Source: an uncultured virus (IMG/VR IMGVR_UViG_3300032007_000042)
Taxonomy: Duplodnaviria; Heunggongvirae; Uroviricota; Caudoviricetes; Crassvirales
Length of the DNA stretch: 55,778 bases
IMG/VR virus record: IMGVR_UViG_3300032007_000042
Direction: 5' to 3' (one strand)
Shown: positions 38,053 to 47,454 of the stretch, piece after piece
Position numbering within the stretch: the stretch's first letter is position 1
Layout: every line of letters starts with the position of its first letter
The notes under the pieces: model-generated
What the model saw: only the letters and a program-made list of their open reading frames with translations
What the model was told of the DNA's origin: nothing
Databases searched by the model: none
Made by a program: the position numbers and the translations under genes

Positions 38053-38172
38053 TTATTCTGTTATGTTAGGAAATGTTTTGTCTAATATACTGTTGATAGT
38101 TTCTCCTGTCTTATTGGCTACAGGAGCTACAAGGATTACTAATCCTATGAATGTTACTATTGATATAATCAT
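38053..38172 (-). CDS. small single-TM peptide (39 aa)
   Basis: MIISIVTFIGLVILVAPVANKTG...; A-rich leader. Confidence 0.5.
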   Translation of the reverse strand: MIISIVTFIGLVILVAPVANKTGETINSILDKTFPNITE

Positions 38173-38314
38173 TGTTATGTATTTTAGTTAAAAATTACCT
38201 CTGGGTTAGCTACTCCCAAAGGCTCTGTCTTTCATATTGGGAATATAGCACAGAGACAGAGACCTTGCTATATTCCATGTATCACTCAAGTTTATACTCT
38301 CTTGATACATATAT

Positions 38315-38725
38315 TTATTTACTGTGTGCATCATCAAATGCACTGAAAAGGTCATAATCAGAAGAGTAAAATCCTTTTTGGAAATCTTCCTCAAAGTAAC
38401 CTTTATTAGTCCAGTGCATCTGATGTGTACTATGTGTTATATCTCTTCCAGAGTAAACAATGACATTGTTCTTAAAGTCTTCAAAGGCTTCTTTGTCATT
38501 ATTTGCAAGCTTAGCAGCAACTATTTGTAAAGCTCTTACTTGGTCTTTAGTAAGATATTCTATCTTACCATAGACATCTACTGCCACCTTATTTATATAG
38601 TGGATATTAGCAAGTTCTTTATTAATAGCATTTCTAATAGCCTTTTCTTTAGTGCTATCAATATTTGTCTTTACTCTTTTCATATCTTTACTATTTAATT
38701 GTCCAACCATAGTTACCAAAGGCAA
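38315..38725 (-). CDS. hypothetical protein
   Basis: ORF; likely start at MKRVKT. Confidence 0.65.
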   Translation of the reverse strand: MPLVTMVGQLNSKDMKRVKTNIDSTKEKAIRNAINKELANIHYINKVAVDVYGKIEYLTKDQVRALQIVAAKLANNDKEAFEDFKNNVIVYSGRDITHSTHQMHWTNKGYFEEDFQKGFYSSDYDLFSAFDDAHSK

Positions 38726-38799
38726 GCTTGTAATTGCTTGCCTGTTTATAAGTAGGGAAACTTCTCATAAAGTTCCCCATAGAATCATATACAGAATAT

Positions 38800-39051
38800 C
38801 TATTCATAGTGTACAGTTATTCCTGCCTCATTAGCCATACTTGCTTCAGAGGCATTGAGATAAACCTTATGACCAAAGATATTAGTATAAGGTCTGCCAA
38901 TATGATTGGTTACACTTGTAGTCACTGACATCATTGCTATATTAGCAACTCTATCTTCATGAGTATTCTTAAGATACTCTCTATGCAGTCTCTTGGAAGC
39001 TGCATAGTTATCACTGCTACATATTGCAGCTCTATTAATGCGTTGTCTCAT
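38800..39051 (-). CDS. hypothetical protein (MRQRIN start)
   Basis: Shares N-terminus and leader with 39698..40093. Confidence 0.7.
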   Translation of the reverse strand: MRQRINRAAICSSDNYAASKRLHREYLKNTHEDRVANIAMMSVTTSVTNHIGRPYTNIFGHKVYLNASEASMANEAGITVHYE

Positions 39052-39111
39052 GGTTTCATACGTTTAATATTTTACTTGCAGAAGCATGGTGAGATTTCTC
39101 CCACCATACAT

Positions 39112-39465
39112 TTATAGATTCTCCAAATGGAACAGCTCTGCTGCTTTATCAATCAATAAAAGATCACTTTCATTGATTTCAATAGCAGGCACTTCATCAA
39201 TGTTTCCAATAGTATAGTCCTCTATGCAATTCATAGGAAGGCATACAAGATGGAATACATCTTCTACATTCTCTACAGCAAAGAAACTCCACTTAAATCT
39301 ATAGATATTCTTTATAGCCTTAGGATTTCTGAAAGCTAAAGAAAACATACCTATAAATGGAGTCTCTGCTATGCAGTTTCCCCTTGTTTGATGGAGAGCC
39401 TTGATTAGTACATTCTTAATGCCTTTCATTGCTTTGTTGTTTAATTGTTTATATTGTCTAATCAC
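39112..39465 (-). CDS. hypothetical protein
   Basis: 117 aa ORF. Confidence 0.65.
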   Translation of the reverse strand: MIRQYKQLNNKAMKGIKNVLIKALHQTRGNCIAETPFIGMFSLAFRNPKAIKNIYRFKWSFFAVENVEDVFHLVCLPMNCIEDYTIGNIDEVPAIEINESDLLLIDKAAELFHLENL

Positions 39466-39697
39466 CTAATACTCAACTAATTACGCTATTAATAAAATGT
39501 AGAGAATAGCTTTTTCACTCTACTATATCCTTTGCAAACAGTACTTTATCTTCGCATTATTCATGTTACATGTTACTGCATTAGGACTTTGAACAGAGAT
39601 TATAGTGCATAGTTCATTGGCACCATTAAGTAAGTAAGTCAGTGAGTAATAACTACTATTATGCGTCGAATTCCTATACTATCATATACCTTATACA

Positions 39698-40093
39698 TCA
39701 TGTTAACTCATTGTTATCATGGAGATACCAAAGAACTTCTTCTTGTTCTCTTTTCATATCTTCAGCCTCAGATTCCATAATGAATCTTGCTTCTGATTCT
39801 GAGTACATAGGATTATATTCATATTCATCCTTATGCTCTTCTTCATAAAGTTTCCAAGCATATTTAACTAATTCTTCATTAGTTCTGCCGTCTCTTGGAA
39901 CATTATATTCTTGGAGACAAGAAGTACCGTCATCTGCTAAATAGACAATAGCTCTATTATAGCCAATATTCTTTACTATGTTTTTGTACTTTGCAGCATA
40001 CATAAACATGCAGTGTGCTCTACTGTTGTTACTTGGGTTATTGGTAATCTTGTTACCCCTGACTGACATTACTTGATTAATTCTCTGTCTCAT
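39698..40093 (-). CDS. hypothetical protein (MRQRIN start), acidic C-terminus
   Basis: 131 aa ORF. Confidence 0.7.
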   Translation of the reverse strand: MRQRINQVMSVRGNKITNNPSNNSRAHCMFMYAAKYKNIVKNIGYNRAIVYLADDGTSCLQEYNVPRDGRTNEELVKYAWKLYEEEHKDEYEYNPMYSESEARFIMESEAEDMKREQEEVLWYLHDNNELT

Positions 40094-40116
40094 AGTCTTA
40101 TGTGTTTAATATTCTA

Positions 40117-40163
40117 CTTGCAAATTATAGGTTAGGTGATGTGTTCATTACAATTAAATGAGA
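40117..40163 (-). promoter_or_regulatory. repeated early-promoter-like motif, copy 2
   Basis: CTTGCAAATTATAGG..AGGTGATGTGTTCATTA...AATGAGA. Confidence 0.55.
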
Positions 40164-40329
40164 AACTAATTAAGCTAAAGAATAGTTGTGTTGTTTCCCT
40201 TAGTATTAGAGACTAATTCCTTTGAAGTGAGAAACAATTTATTGGTTGTAATGGTTTTGCCTTTATGCTGTGGATATATGATGGTATTGATGGTATTTTG
40301 TGGTATTGATGGTATTCTTGAAACATTTG

Positions 40330-40372
40330 AAAAAAGAAAAGCATGATGAGATTTCTCTCACCATGCTTTCTT
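40330..40372 (-). terminator. intrinsic terminator
   Basis: AAAGCATG...CATGCTTT stem plus U-tract; degenerate copy at 39082-39106. Confidence 0.75.
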
Positions 40373-40381
40373 ATGTAGACA

Positions 40382-40729
40382 TCAACTGAAGAGGTCAATG
40401 TCAGTGACATCATGTACACCCTGCCAACAGAGGCTGTACAAAGGGTCTTTATAGTCAGGGTTGTCAATCTTGACAACCTGAAGTTTGTCTTTGTTCTCAA
40501 GGACAAACTTCTTGAGTTCCTCCTTGTCATTGAACTCCCCCAACTTAGAGGAAATGCTGACCATTATGTTAGCTGGATCCTTGGGGAATGTCAGTGCAAC
40601 GAAGGGCTGCTTTGTCTTCTTGTTGACATAGTTGCCTGCTTGAAGAGCCTTGCCATGATTCATGGCAAATGTCATCAATGTGAAGTTTGCAGAAATCTGA
40701 CCGTTGTTGTTGTTACTGTTGTTTTCCAT
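40382..40729 (-). CDS. early-type protein with acidic tail, paralogue 2 (possibly SSB-like)
   Basis: Paralogue of 36413..36760; more GC-rich codon bias. Confidence 0.8.
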   Translation of the reverse strand: MENNSNNNNGQISANFTLMTFAMNHGKALQAGNYVNKKTKQPFVALTFPKDPANIMVSISSKLGEFNDKEELKKFVLENKDKLQVVKIDNPDYKDPLYSLCWQGVHDVTDIDLFS

Positions 40730-40857
40730 GATTGTTATGTGTTTAGGATTGGCTGATGTTAAACTTAAGAATGCAATTGCCTCAGCCTAAGCAAAAGCAT
40801 TCTTTTTTATTGCGGGAAAATCTCAACAGAGTCAATGACCCTGGGGGTATAATCCCA

Positions 40858-40891
40858 CTTGCAAGTTATTAGGGCGGTGGTGTGTCTATTA
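40858..40891 (-). promoter_or_regulatory. repeated early-promoter-like motif, copy 3
   Basis: CTTGCAAGTTATTAGGGCGGTGGTGTGTCTATTA. Confidence 0.55.
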
Positions 40892-41077
40892 TACCTCCCT
40901 TCAACACATACAATTTGTTTTTCCATACACCAATCACTTAGCTTAAACACATTAGAAACTATGACTTTGAGGAAATAACAAAGTTATAACGTTTACATGA
41001 TCCTTATACTGAAGAAAGAAATTAAAAGGTGTAGAATTCGACATCTTTTAATATATCTAATATTTATATATAGGCAC

Positions 41078-41105
41078 AAAAAAGGAGACCCTTATGGATC
41101 TCCTT
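41078..41105 (-). terminator. terminator of the lysis transcript
   Basis: AAGGAGA...TCTCCTT stem plus U-tract. Confidence 0.7.
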
Positions 41106-41125
41106 ATACTTTATCTTACTATGAT

Positions 41126-41281
41126 TTACTTTATAGTAAGTGTAATCTTTTCTCCTTTCTTAACTGCTGGAACTATATAATCATCAAGCAACTTGAAGTA
41201 GTATACCTGTGAGTTAGTTACCATACCTACAGTACTATTCTTTCCTACTAAGATACAACCTAATGTATCAGATGCCTTGTT
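41126..41281 (-). pseudogene. orphan 3' end (51 codons) of the DUF5675 gene
   Basis: NKASDTLGCILVGKNSTVGMVTNSQVYYFKLLDDYIVPAVKKGEKITLTIK* is colinear with the last 51 aa of 42161..42622. Confidence 0.9.
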
Positions 41282-41287
41282 TCTTAA

Positions 41288-42154
41288 TTAATTAGTCTTT
41301 GTGCCTCTATTTTCTTTTATTTGTTTAATAGTTTTACCTAAAAGCAACATTTCTTTATATGTAAAGGTATTGTTTCTAACGATATTACAGCTATAGCAAC
41401 AAGGAACAACATTACTTTTAATATGTCCTTTACTATTGTCAATTCTATCACAACCAATATTTTTAGTATCTCCACAATAAACACACGGTTTGTGAAAAAT
41501 ATTATTAATCATCCAATCAATGTCAATATCACATATTTCAAACCCTTTCTTTTTATCTTTACATTTATATGTAGAAATCATTTTAGATGCTTTATTTCTT
41601 TCTTGCTGAGATTCAGGAATAGCAGTCTGAGGAATTTTTGAATTTACTTTAATTTTCTTACCAAATATTATTTCTTCAATGCTAAGGTCATTTTTATGCC
41701 TATAATACCTTAGTCTTACTGCATTATAGGGCTGATCATACTTTAAGGAAGCTTCTTTTAAAGTTAGGTGTTCTCCTCTATAATCTATGTATACTGAATT
41801 CTTTTTTCTTATATAACTTATTTGTTCATTAGTTACCCATATAAAATTATCTTTAGAGAATGGTAATGAGGTATCAACTCTATGGAAAGTACATCCTTTT
41901 TTATATGTTGGATAAACATCATTAAAGAAATTCTCAAATTTTTTCCAACTTTCTGTACTGCATCCAATTTGTTTACCTTTTTTGGAGTACATCATAGACC
42001 TCCAAGCATTAAATATGCAAGGATTTTCTTTTTTAATTATTGCATTAGGATGGTATATTCCTATATATTTATGAAGATTTTCTAACTGTTTCTTCTTTTC
42101 TTCTATAGTAAGTTTGCTTCCACTGACAAATCTGCCAATTTCATCTCTACTCAT
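41288..42154 (-). CDS. HNH-type homing endonuclease
   Basis: CVYCG...DRIDNSKGH..SNVVPCCYSCN; degenerate HNH-like N-terminal domain. Confidence 0.85.
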   Translation of the reverse strand: MSRDEIGRFVSGSKLTIEEKKKQLENLHKYIGIYHPNAIIKKENPCIFNAWRSMMYSKKGKQIGCSTESWKKFENFFNDVYPTYKKGCTFHRVDTSLPFSKDNFIWVTNEQISYIRKKNSVYIDYRGEHLTLKEASLKYDQPYNAVRLRYYRHKNDLSIEEIIFGKKIKVNSKIPQTAIPESQQERNKASKMISTYKCKDKKKGFEICDIDIDWMINNIFHKPCVYCGDTKNIGCDRIDNSKGHIKSNVVPCCYSCNIVRNNTFTYKEMLLLGKTIKQIKENRGTKTN

Positions 42155-42160
42155 AAATAA

Positions 42161-42622
42161 TTATTTTATTATAATATTAATTTTCTCTCCATTTTTTATT
42201 GCTGGTATAATAAAATTATCTAATAGTTTATAGTAATACTGTGTAGAGTTAGTAACAGCTCCTGTAATACTATTTTTTCCAACTGCTATACATCCTAGAC
42301 TCTCGGAAGCTCTATTAAAAGGATGTATTCTAACACCCCCAAAGCCCTTTACATTAATAAGCTCTGGTATCTTACCATCATACTTTTTACCCCAAGCTCT
42401 TGAATGAAACCTATTGGAGTATGTCATCTTTACTTCATAAGTTCCTGAGGGAATAGCAGTCTGGCCATATATCTTCTTTTTATTTATCTCTTCAAGAGTC
42501 ATTGATGAAGTTAAACCCCTGTCTTTATCTTCAAGAGTATTGGAAAAGAGTACTCCATTAATGTAAAGATTACCTATTGTATAGGTATCTTTCTTCCATT
42601 TTCTATCTATAACTATATTCAT
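42161..42622 (-). CDS. DUF5675 protein (L,D-transpeptidase-like putative endolysin)
   Basis: TIG.L, TLED, TAIP.G.Y, IH..N.....GCI; next to holin-like gene. Confidence 0.8.
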   Translation of the reverse strand: MNIVIDRKWKKDTYTIGNLYINGVLFSNTLEDKDRGLTSSMTLEEINKKKIYGQTAIPSGTYEVKMTYSNRFHSRAWGKKYDGKIPELINVKGFGGVRIHPFNRASESLGCIAVGKNSITGAVTNSTQYYYKLLDNFIIPAIKNGEKINIIIK

Positions 42623-42948
42623 TATTTATCTTCTTTATTCATTGGAAAATTAGCTCTTCTTAGCTTACATGTAGTATCATAACATATAGCATCCAGTAAT
42701 GAAGCTATCTGTAACTGTAGATGATTAACTTGTTCTTTAAGTTCACTATTTTCTCTCTGAAGTAACTCTATCTTCTCATTTTGTGCAGTGATTGTTTCAT
42801 TAGTCATTTTCTTGTATAAATCAAATGAACTGCTCATATTCTCTATTTCTTTGGAAGATACTTCGGCATTATACTTTCTTTTAGTTAGAAAGTAGGTCAA
42901 CAGAGTAGAAACTGCTCCTATTAAGGCAACTATTATTGTAGAATCCAT
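42622..42948 (-). CDS. holin-like protein (TM plus coiled coil)
   Basis: N-terminal TM then coiled coil; lysis context. Confidence 0.55.
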   Translation of the reverse strand: MDSTIIVALIGAVSTLLTYFLTKRKYNAEVSSKEIENMSSSFDLYKKMTNETITAQNEKIELLQRENSELKEQVNHLQLQIASLLDAICYDTTCKLRRANFPMNKEDK

Positions 42949-42975
42949 TGCATATATCTTTATTCAATTATACTA

Positions 42976-43084
42976 CAAAAGTAATTATTATTTATCTATG
43001 GAAAATGCACATAAGTGATTTACTAAAGTATTCTATCCAAAGTACTTAGAACCTTCATTGAAAGGCATCTTTTATCTATTTTTG
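42976..43084. promoter_or_regulatory. divergent -7 elements
   Basis: TACTTTTG on minus (42976-42983) and TATTTTTG on plus (43077-43084). Confidence 0.6.
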
Positions 43085-43100
43085 CACAAAAATATCAATT

Positions 43101-43721
43101 ATGAAGAAGTATTTTATTGTAGCATGTGTTATAGCTCTCATAGGTTTGATTGGTTCTTTAATGCACAATATACATGAAGCAAAAGTCTATGAAGATAAGT
43201 GGAAGACAGCAGTGGCTAATGTTAAAGCTTATGATGAGTTGTTGTCGGACAGCAAGAGTAAAAGCACAGCCTATGAACTTACTATTGATCAACTTAATAA
43301 TGTCAAGGATTCAACAATTAGAGAACTGAATGAACTTAAGAAGAAACTCAAAATAAAAGACAAGAATCTTATATCTACACAGAATATAAAGACAGTATAT
43401 AGCAAAGCAGATACAATACATTTCACTGATACTATCTTTAAGGATAAAGTATTATTAGCTGATACTATTATTGGTGATGAATGGTATAAAGCTAAAGTAA
43501 CATTAAAGTACCCACATACTGTCATTATCAATCCTACATTTACAAGTGACAAAAGCATTATAGTATCTACAAAGAAAGAAACTGTAAATCCACCTAAGAA
43601 GCTCTGGATATTAAGATTGTTCCAAAAGAAGCAAACAGTACTTAAAGTAGATATTGTTGAAAAGAACCCTTATGTGCAGCAGGAGAGTAGTAGATATGTG
43701 AAAATAATAAAGCCCCATTAA
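43101..43721 (+). CDS. spanin-like membrane protein
   Basis: N-terminal TM, coiled coil, beta-rich C-terminus with NPY. Confidence 0.55.
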   Translation: MKKYFIVACVIALIGLIGSLMHNIHEAKVYEDKWKTAVANVKAYDELLSDSKSKSTAYELTIDQLNNVKDSTIRELNELKKKLKIKDKNLISTQNIKTVYSKADTIHFTDTIFKDKVLLADTIIGDEWYKAKVTLKYPHTVIINPTFTSDKSIIVSTKKETVNPPKKLWILRLFQKKQTVLKVDIVEKNPYVQQESSRYVKIIKPH

Positions 43722-44166
43722 ATAATAAGTATATAAGTAGTTGATAATTAGAGAGATAGGAAATAAAGATTAAATAAGAAAATGAGGATATAATAAATAT
43801 ATAATAGAAAATATGTAGAAAATGCTGATGGAATAAAGGAAAGTATTGGGTAAGCAATAGATAGTTAAAGAGAGTTAATTAGTAAGAGATTGAAAAGATT
43901 ATGGTTGCAACTATAGATATTTTTTATTATCTTTGCATTATAAACTAAAGGCTATAATAAGATGATATTGAGAGATATATGCTATACTGGTTAAAGTAAT
44001 ACTTTAATGCTTGACATAATATTAAATTGTCACATTTATAGTATAGGGTTACTTATGACAGGTTAGCATGGTATTCTAAGGATATTAGTACTATAAGGAA
44101 AAAGATTGTATCAGGATTACATTTAAATATAGGATAAACAATATAACTATTAAACAGATATACAAG

Positions 44167-44436
44167 ATGATTAATAAAGCACAGGAACAAAGATGGCAGG
44201 CAGAGGATGATGCCAGAACAATGGCTAACTATCAGGAAATACTTAATGATAAGGGAAGACTTGGTAGAGCTATTAAAGTAGCTAAGAAGCAGGCAACAGA
44301 CCTTAATAAAAGAGCTAATGCCATGCAGAGTGTTGCTACCTTTAAGAATGGTGGAAAGATGAACTTTAGTTCTACTGTAAGAGGCGGAGCAAAGAGTAAA
44401 GCAAGCAGAACTAGCAGTAGAGGGAGGAAGAAGTAA
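44167..44436 (+). CDS. small basic protein
   Basis: WQAEDDARTM motif, FKNGG, R/K-rich tail. Confidence 0.75.
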   Translation: MINKAQEQRWQAEDDARTMANYQEILNDKGRLGRAIKVAKKQATDLNKRANAMQSVATFKNGGKMNFSSTVRGGAKSKASRTSSRGRKK

Positions 44437-44609
44437 TGAAGAATGAAAAGAAAACACTCTCTGTTATAGTAGCCAGTTCTATGAGAGAACTTGTAGACAA
44501 GTTCAATGACTATAACAAGAATACAAATAACCCTATCCTCAGTGAGGATATAGTCAATGTGATAAGAGACAATGACCAATCTATGTTCTACCTGATATAT
44601 TGCAAATGA
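44433..44609 (+). CDS. small hypothetical protein
   Basis: Short frame after 44436 reading MKNEKKTLSVIVASSMRELVD...YCK*; start approximate. Confidence 0.55.
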   Translation, partial: VMKNEKKTLSVIVASSMRELVDKFNDYNKNTNNPILSEDIVNVIRDNDQSMFYLIYCK

Positions 44610-44610
44610 T

Positions 44611-45048
44611 ATGCAAGAAGAAAAGCCTAATTACAATGATGAGCCTGTGGAGTACTGCTCAAGATGCTACTCCTTGAAGATTAGACATGAGGATTCCATA
44701 GATGCTGATGTATGTGCAGAATGTGGCTGTACAGAGATAGCCTCTACAGACATTGGCACATGGGAGAAGCTTTATGAGCAGAGATACAAAAGAAAGTATG
44801 TTACCTGTAACCATGATCCAAGAGCCTCAATCTACTTTAAGTTTCCAATCAGTACTTTGAAAACCAAGTTGTATAATGACAACAGGTTATTGGCAACAGT
44901 GCTCCACAAGCTCTACCCTAACTTTCCAAGAGGACTTAGCAAGGAAGATGCTATCATAGTATTGTTTGATAAACTCTCCAAGGATAACAGAATGGATAGT
45001 CTAAGGATGTGCTTCTACAACTACTATAGAGTGGATAATAAACAGTAA
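44611..45048 (+). CDS. zinc-ribbon protein
   Basis: YN.EPV.YCxxCxSL and CAECG. Confidence 0.8.
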   Translation: MQEEKPNYNDEPVEYCSRCYSLKIRHEDSIDADVCAECGCTEIASTDIGTWEKLYEQRYKRKYVTCNHDPRASIYFKFPISTLKTKLYNDNRLLATVLHKLYPNFPRGLSKEDAIIVLFDKLSKDNRMDSLRMCFYNYYRVDNKQ

Positions 45049-45078
45049 ATCAATAATATAACCATAATATTTAAAGCA

Positions 45079-45396
45079 ATGGAAGAGAATAAAACTAAAG
45101 AGATTAGAATGAACAGTGCCAAACAGAATACCAAGGCAGATCAGCCTAAGCAGAAGCTTACCTATGAGCAGCTTAATGATGTATGCAACCAGTTATTTCA
45201 GCAGAATCAAGAGCTTAGGAAGAGTCTTCAAGAGATGAATGCAGTCAATGTGTTCAAAAGACTTGACTATCTCTTCAAGGTAGTAGAGTTGGCTTCTACC
45301 TTCAAGGATTCTGACTTTATTAACTCTTGCATGGATGAGATTAAGGAAGCTCTGACAATACCTGCTGACAATAAGGAGAATGGAAAGGAGGCCTAA
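45079..45396 (+). CDS. coiled-coil hypothetical protein
   Basis: KLTYEQL and RLDYLFKV. Confidence 0.8.
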   Translation: MEENKTKEIRMNSAKQNTKADQPKQKLTYEQLNDVCNQLFQQNQELRKSLQEMNAVNVFKRLDYLFKVVELASTFKDSDFINSCMDEIKEALTIPADNKENGKEA

Positions 45397-45399
45397 GTC

Positions 45400-45834
45400 A
45401 TGGATTCCCTTAGTGCAAACAGCAAGCAGCCTGTAAGGAAGAATGATGGGAAGAAGCTTCATAAGCCTAACAACATCATTACAGTTCCAGTGAAGGATGA
45501 TTTCTTCAAGTGGTGGTGTATCTTCCTAAGACCTTTCATCAATCTTACCAATAGGGAGATAGATGTCATTGCAGAGTTTCTCAGACAGAGACATAAGCTA
45601 TCCAAGATAACCAGTGATCCTGCAAGTCTTGATATACTCCTCATGAGTGATGAGACCAAGAAGAAAGTGATGGAAGCCTGCAATATTACTCAGCAGCACT
45701 TCTATGTGGTGATGAGTAACCTCAGGAAAAATCATGTGATTATAGGCAATATCCTTAATCCTCGTCTTATACCTAACATCAGGAAGGATGACAATGGCTG
45801 TTTTCAATTGATGATACTGTTTAAGGACAAATGA
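45400..45834 (+). CDS. HTH-like protein
   Basis: LT.REIDV, LRK and NPRLIP. Confidence 0.65.
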   Translation: MDSLSANSKQPVRKNDGKKLHKPNNIITVPVKDDFFKWWCIFLRPFINLTNREIDVIAEFLRQRHKLSKITSDPASLDILLMSDETKKKVMEACNITQQHFYVVMSNLRKNHVIIGNILNPRLIPNIRKDDNGCFQLMILFKDK

Positions 45835-46097
45835 CCTATAAGGAGATAGTTGCTAAGGTGGCAGAAGATACAGGTCTTCCTGTATTACTGGTAGACAGAA
45901 CATACAAAGCCTATTGGAGAACCATCAGGGAATATGTATCTTCTCTGCCACTTAAAGAGGAACTAAGTCAAGAGGACTTTGCTAAACTGAAGCCTAACGT
46001 TAATATACCTTCATTAGGAAAGTTATATGTAAATGTTGACAGATACAATGCTATGAAAAAGAGCTATAGAATGTATCTTAACAGGGCAAACAAATAG
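45831..46097 (+). CDS. HU/IHF-like DNA-binding protein
   Basis: EIVAKVAEDTGL and NIPSLGKL. Confidence 0.65.
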   Translation: MTYKEIVAKVAEDTGLPVLLVDRTYKAYWRTIREYVSSLPLKEELSQEDFAKLKPNVNIPSLGKLYVNVDRYNAMKKSYRMYLNRANK

Positions 46098-46277
46098 CAA
46101 AGTAATTGCAAGGAGAATAGCAATCTGTTGAGGCATTAAAGTATAATCTGTTTGGCAGAGTTCACTAATTCTTATAGATTACATTAAAAAGTTACTATTG
46201 GAATAGAAAATATATTCTATTTTATTTGGAGAAAAGAAAAAGAAGAAATATATAAAGAAGAAAAAGAAAAGAGTTTT

Positions 46278-46712
46278 ATGCTGCACATTAGTAAAATCAA
46301 GCCTATGTTCACTGCAATAGTGACAACGGCAAATAAGTTTGAGAAAGACTATTATCAGGATGGCATCATCATGGCCAGCAAGGGAGATTATAAGCCTTGG
46401 CAGGAGATACTGTCAGTAGGAGACTCAGTAAGAAACCTTAAGGCAGGAGACAAGGTGATGGTCAACTTTGAGAACTATGTAGTGAGGAAGTATGACAAGA
46501 ACAGCATCCAGAATGATCTTGACAACAACAGGAAAGTCAGATATGCCTTTAACTTTGTGACTATGGATGGTGCTGATGGCAAGCCTATGGAATGTTTTCT
46601 GTTTAATGACAGGGATATTCTCTATAGCTTTGAAGGAGAGGAGAAAGCTGATGAAGCAGCCCCATTAAAGAGCAGTATTATACTTCCTAAGGATAAAAAG
46701 ATTATTTTGTGA
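46278..46712 (+). CDS. GroES-like co-chaperonin
   Basis: IKPMF, SVGDSV..LKAGDKV and RDIL. Confidence 0.7.
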   Translation: MLHISKIKPMFTAIVTTANKFEKDYYQDGIIMASKGDYKPWQEILSVGDSVRNLKAGDKVMVNFENYVVRKYDKNSIQNDLDNNRKVRYAFNFVTMDGADGKPMECFLFNDRDILYSFEGEEKADEAAPLKSSIILPKDKKIIL

Positions 46713-46900
46713 TGGGAAAGCTTACTATGAAAGAGATAGATGACTATTTGGATGATGTACCTTTAGGTAAGAAAGCCAAGAAACAGCATCCTTTACACAG
46801 GAAGCGTAAGCCATCAAGAGAGATTGAGAAAAGATATTAATGGTAAGAGCCTGAGCCTTAGAAGTAGGGCTTGGGCTTTTATGGTATAAATAAACAGCAA

Positions 46901-47443
46901 ATGAGACTGATAAAAATTGTAAATTATGAACTAAAAATATCTGATGAGGCTTTGCTTGTAAGACCTATCAGAAAGCTGTGGAATATGGATAGAAGCAAAG
47001 GCAAGGAGACCTTCTATAAGCAAATGTCTATACTTTACTTTGTCTATGATCCATCCAGCAACTATGCCTATATCAGTAATGAGAAGGACAGGCTTAAGGA
47101 AGTTCTTGAGCAAGAGAATATCACTGATTTCCATAATACTGCTGAGTTCAAAGAGGCAGTAGAGGCTTATAAGAAACTTGTAAGGACACCATCATCAGAG
47201 TTGCTGAATGATGTAAGGCTTACAGTAGACAAGATGAGACAGGCACTTACCAGTATAGACTTTGATGACTTGGAGGAGAAAGACAAGGTGAGTGCCATTA
47301 ACACAGTAGCAGCAGTGATCAGCAAGATACCTAAGCTTGTAAAAGACTTGTCAGAAGCAGAGAAGGCAGTCACTAAGGAACTTGAAGAGCAGGGCAATGC
47401 CAGAGGTTCACAGGAGCTGACAATAGGTGATATGGGATTTTAG
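46901..47443 (+). CDS. conserved helical protein (possible small terminase)
   Basis: ATG at 46901; DRSKGK motif; function inferred from position only. Confidence 0.5.
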   Translation: MRLIKIVNYELKISDEALLVRPIRKLWNMDRSKGKETFYKQMSILYFVYDPSSNYAYISNEKDRLKEVLEQENITDFHNTAEFKEAVEAYKKLVRTPSSELLNDVRLTVDKMRQALTSIDFDDLEEKDKVSAINTVAAVISKIPKLVKDLSEAEKAVTKELEEQGNARGSQELTIGDMGF

Positions 47444-47454
47444 GCAGGCAACTT

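Noticed and set aside
38206..38394. 62-aa ORF as a frameshift extension of 38315..38725
   Set aside because: No clear slippery site or supporting motif
41288..42154. HNH gene as part of a group I intron
   Set aside because: Only a few nt flank the ORF, there is no P/Q/R/S core, and the upstream gene is already complete
43722..44160. Purine-rich non-coding stretch as ncRNA
   Set aside because: No clear structure; only a TATCTTTG element at 43928-43935
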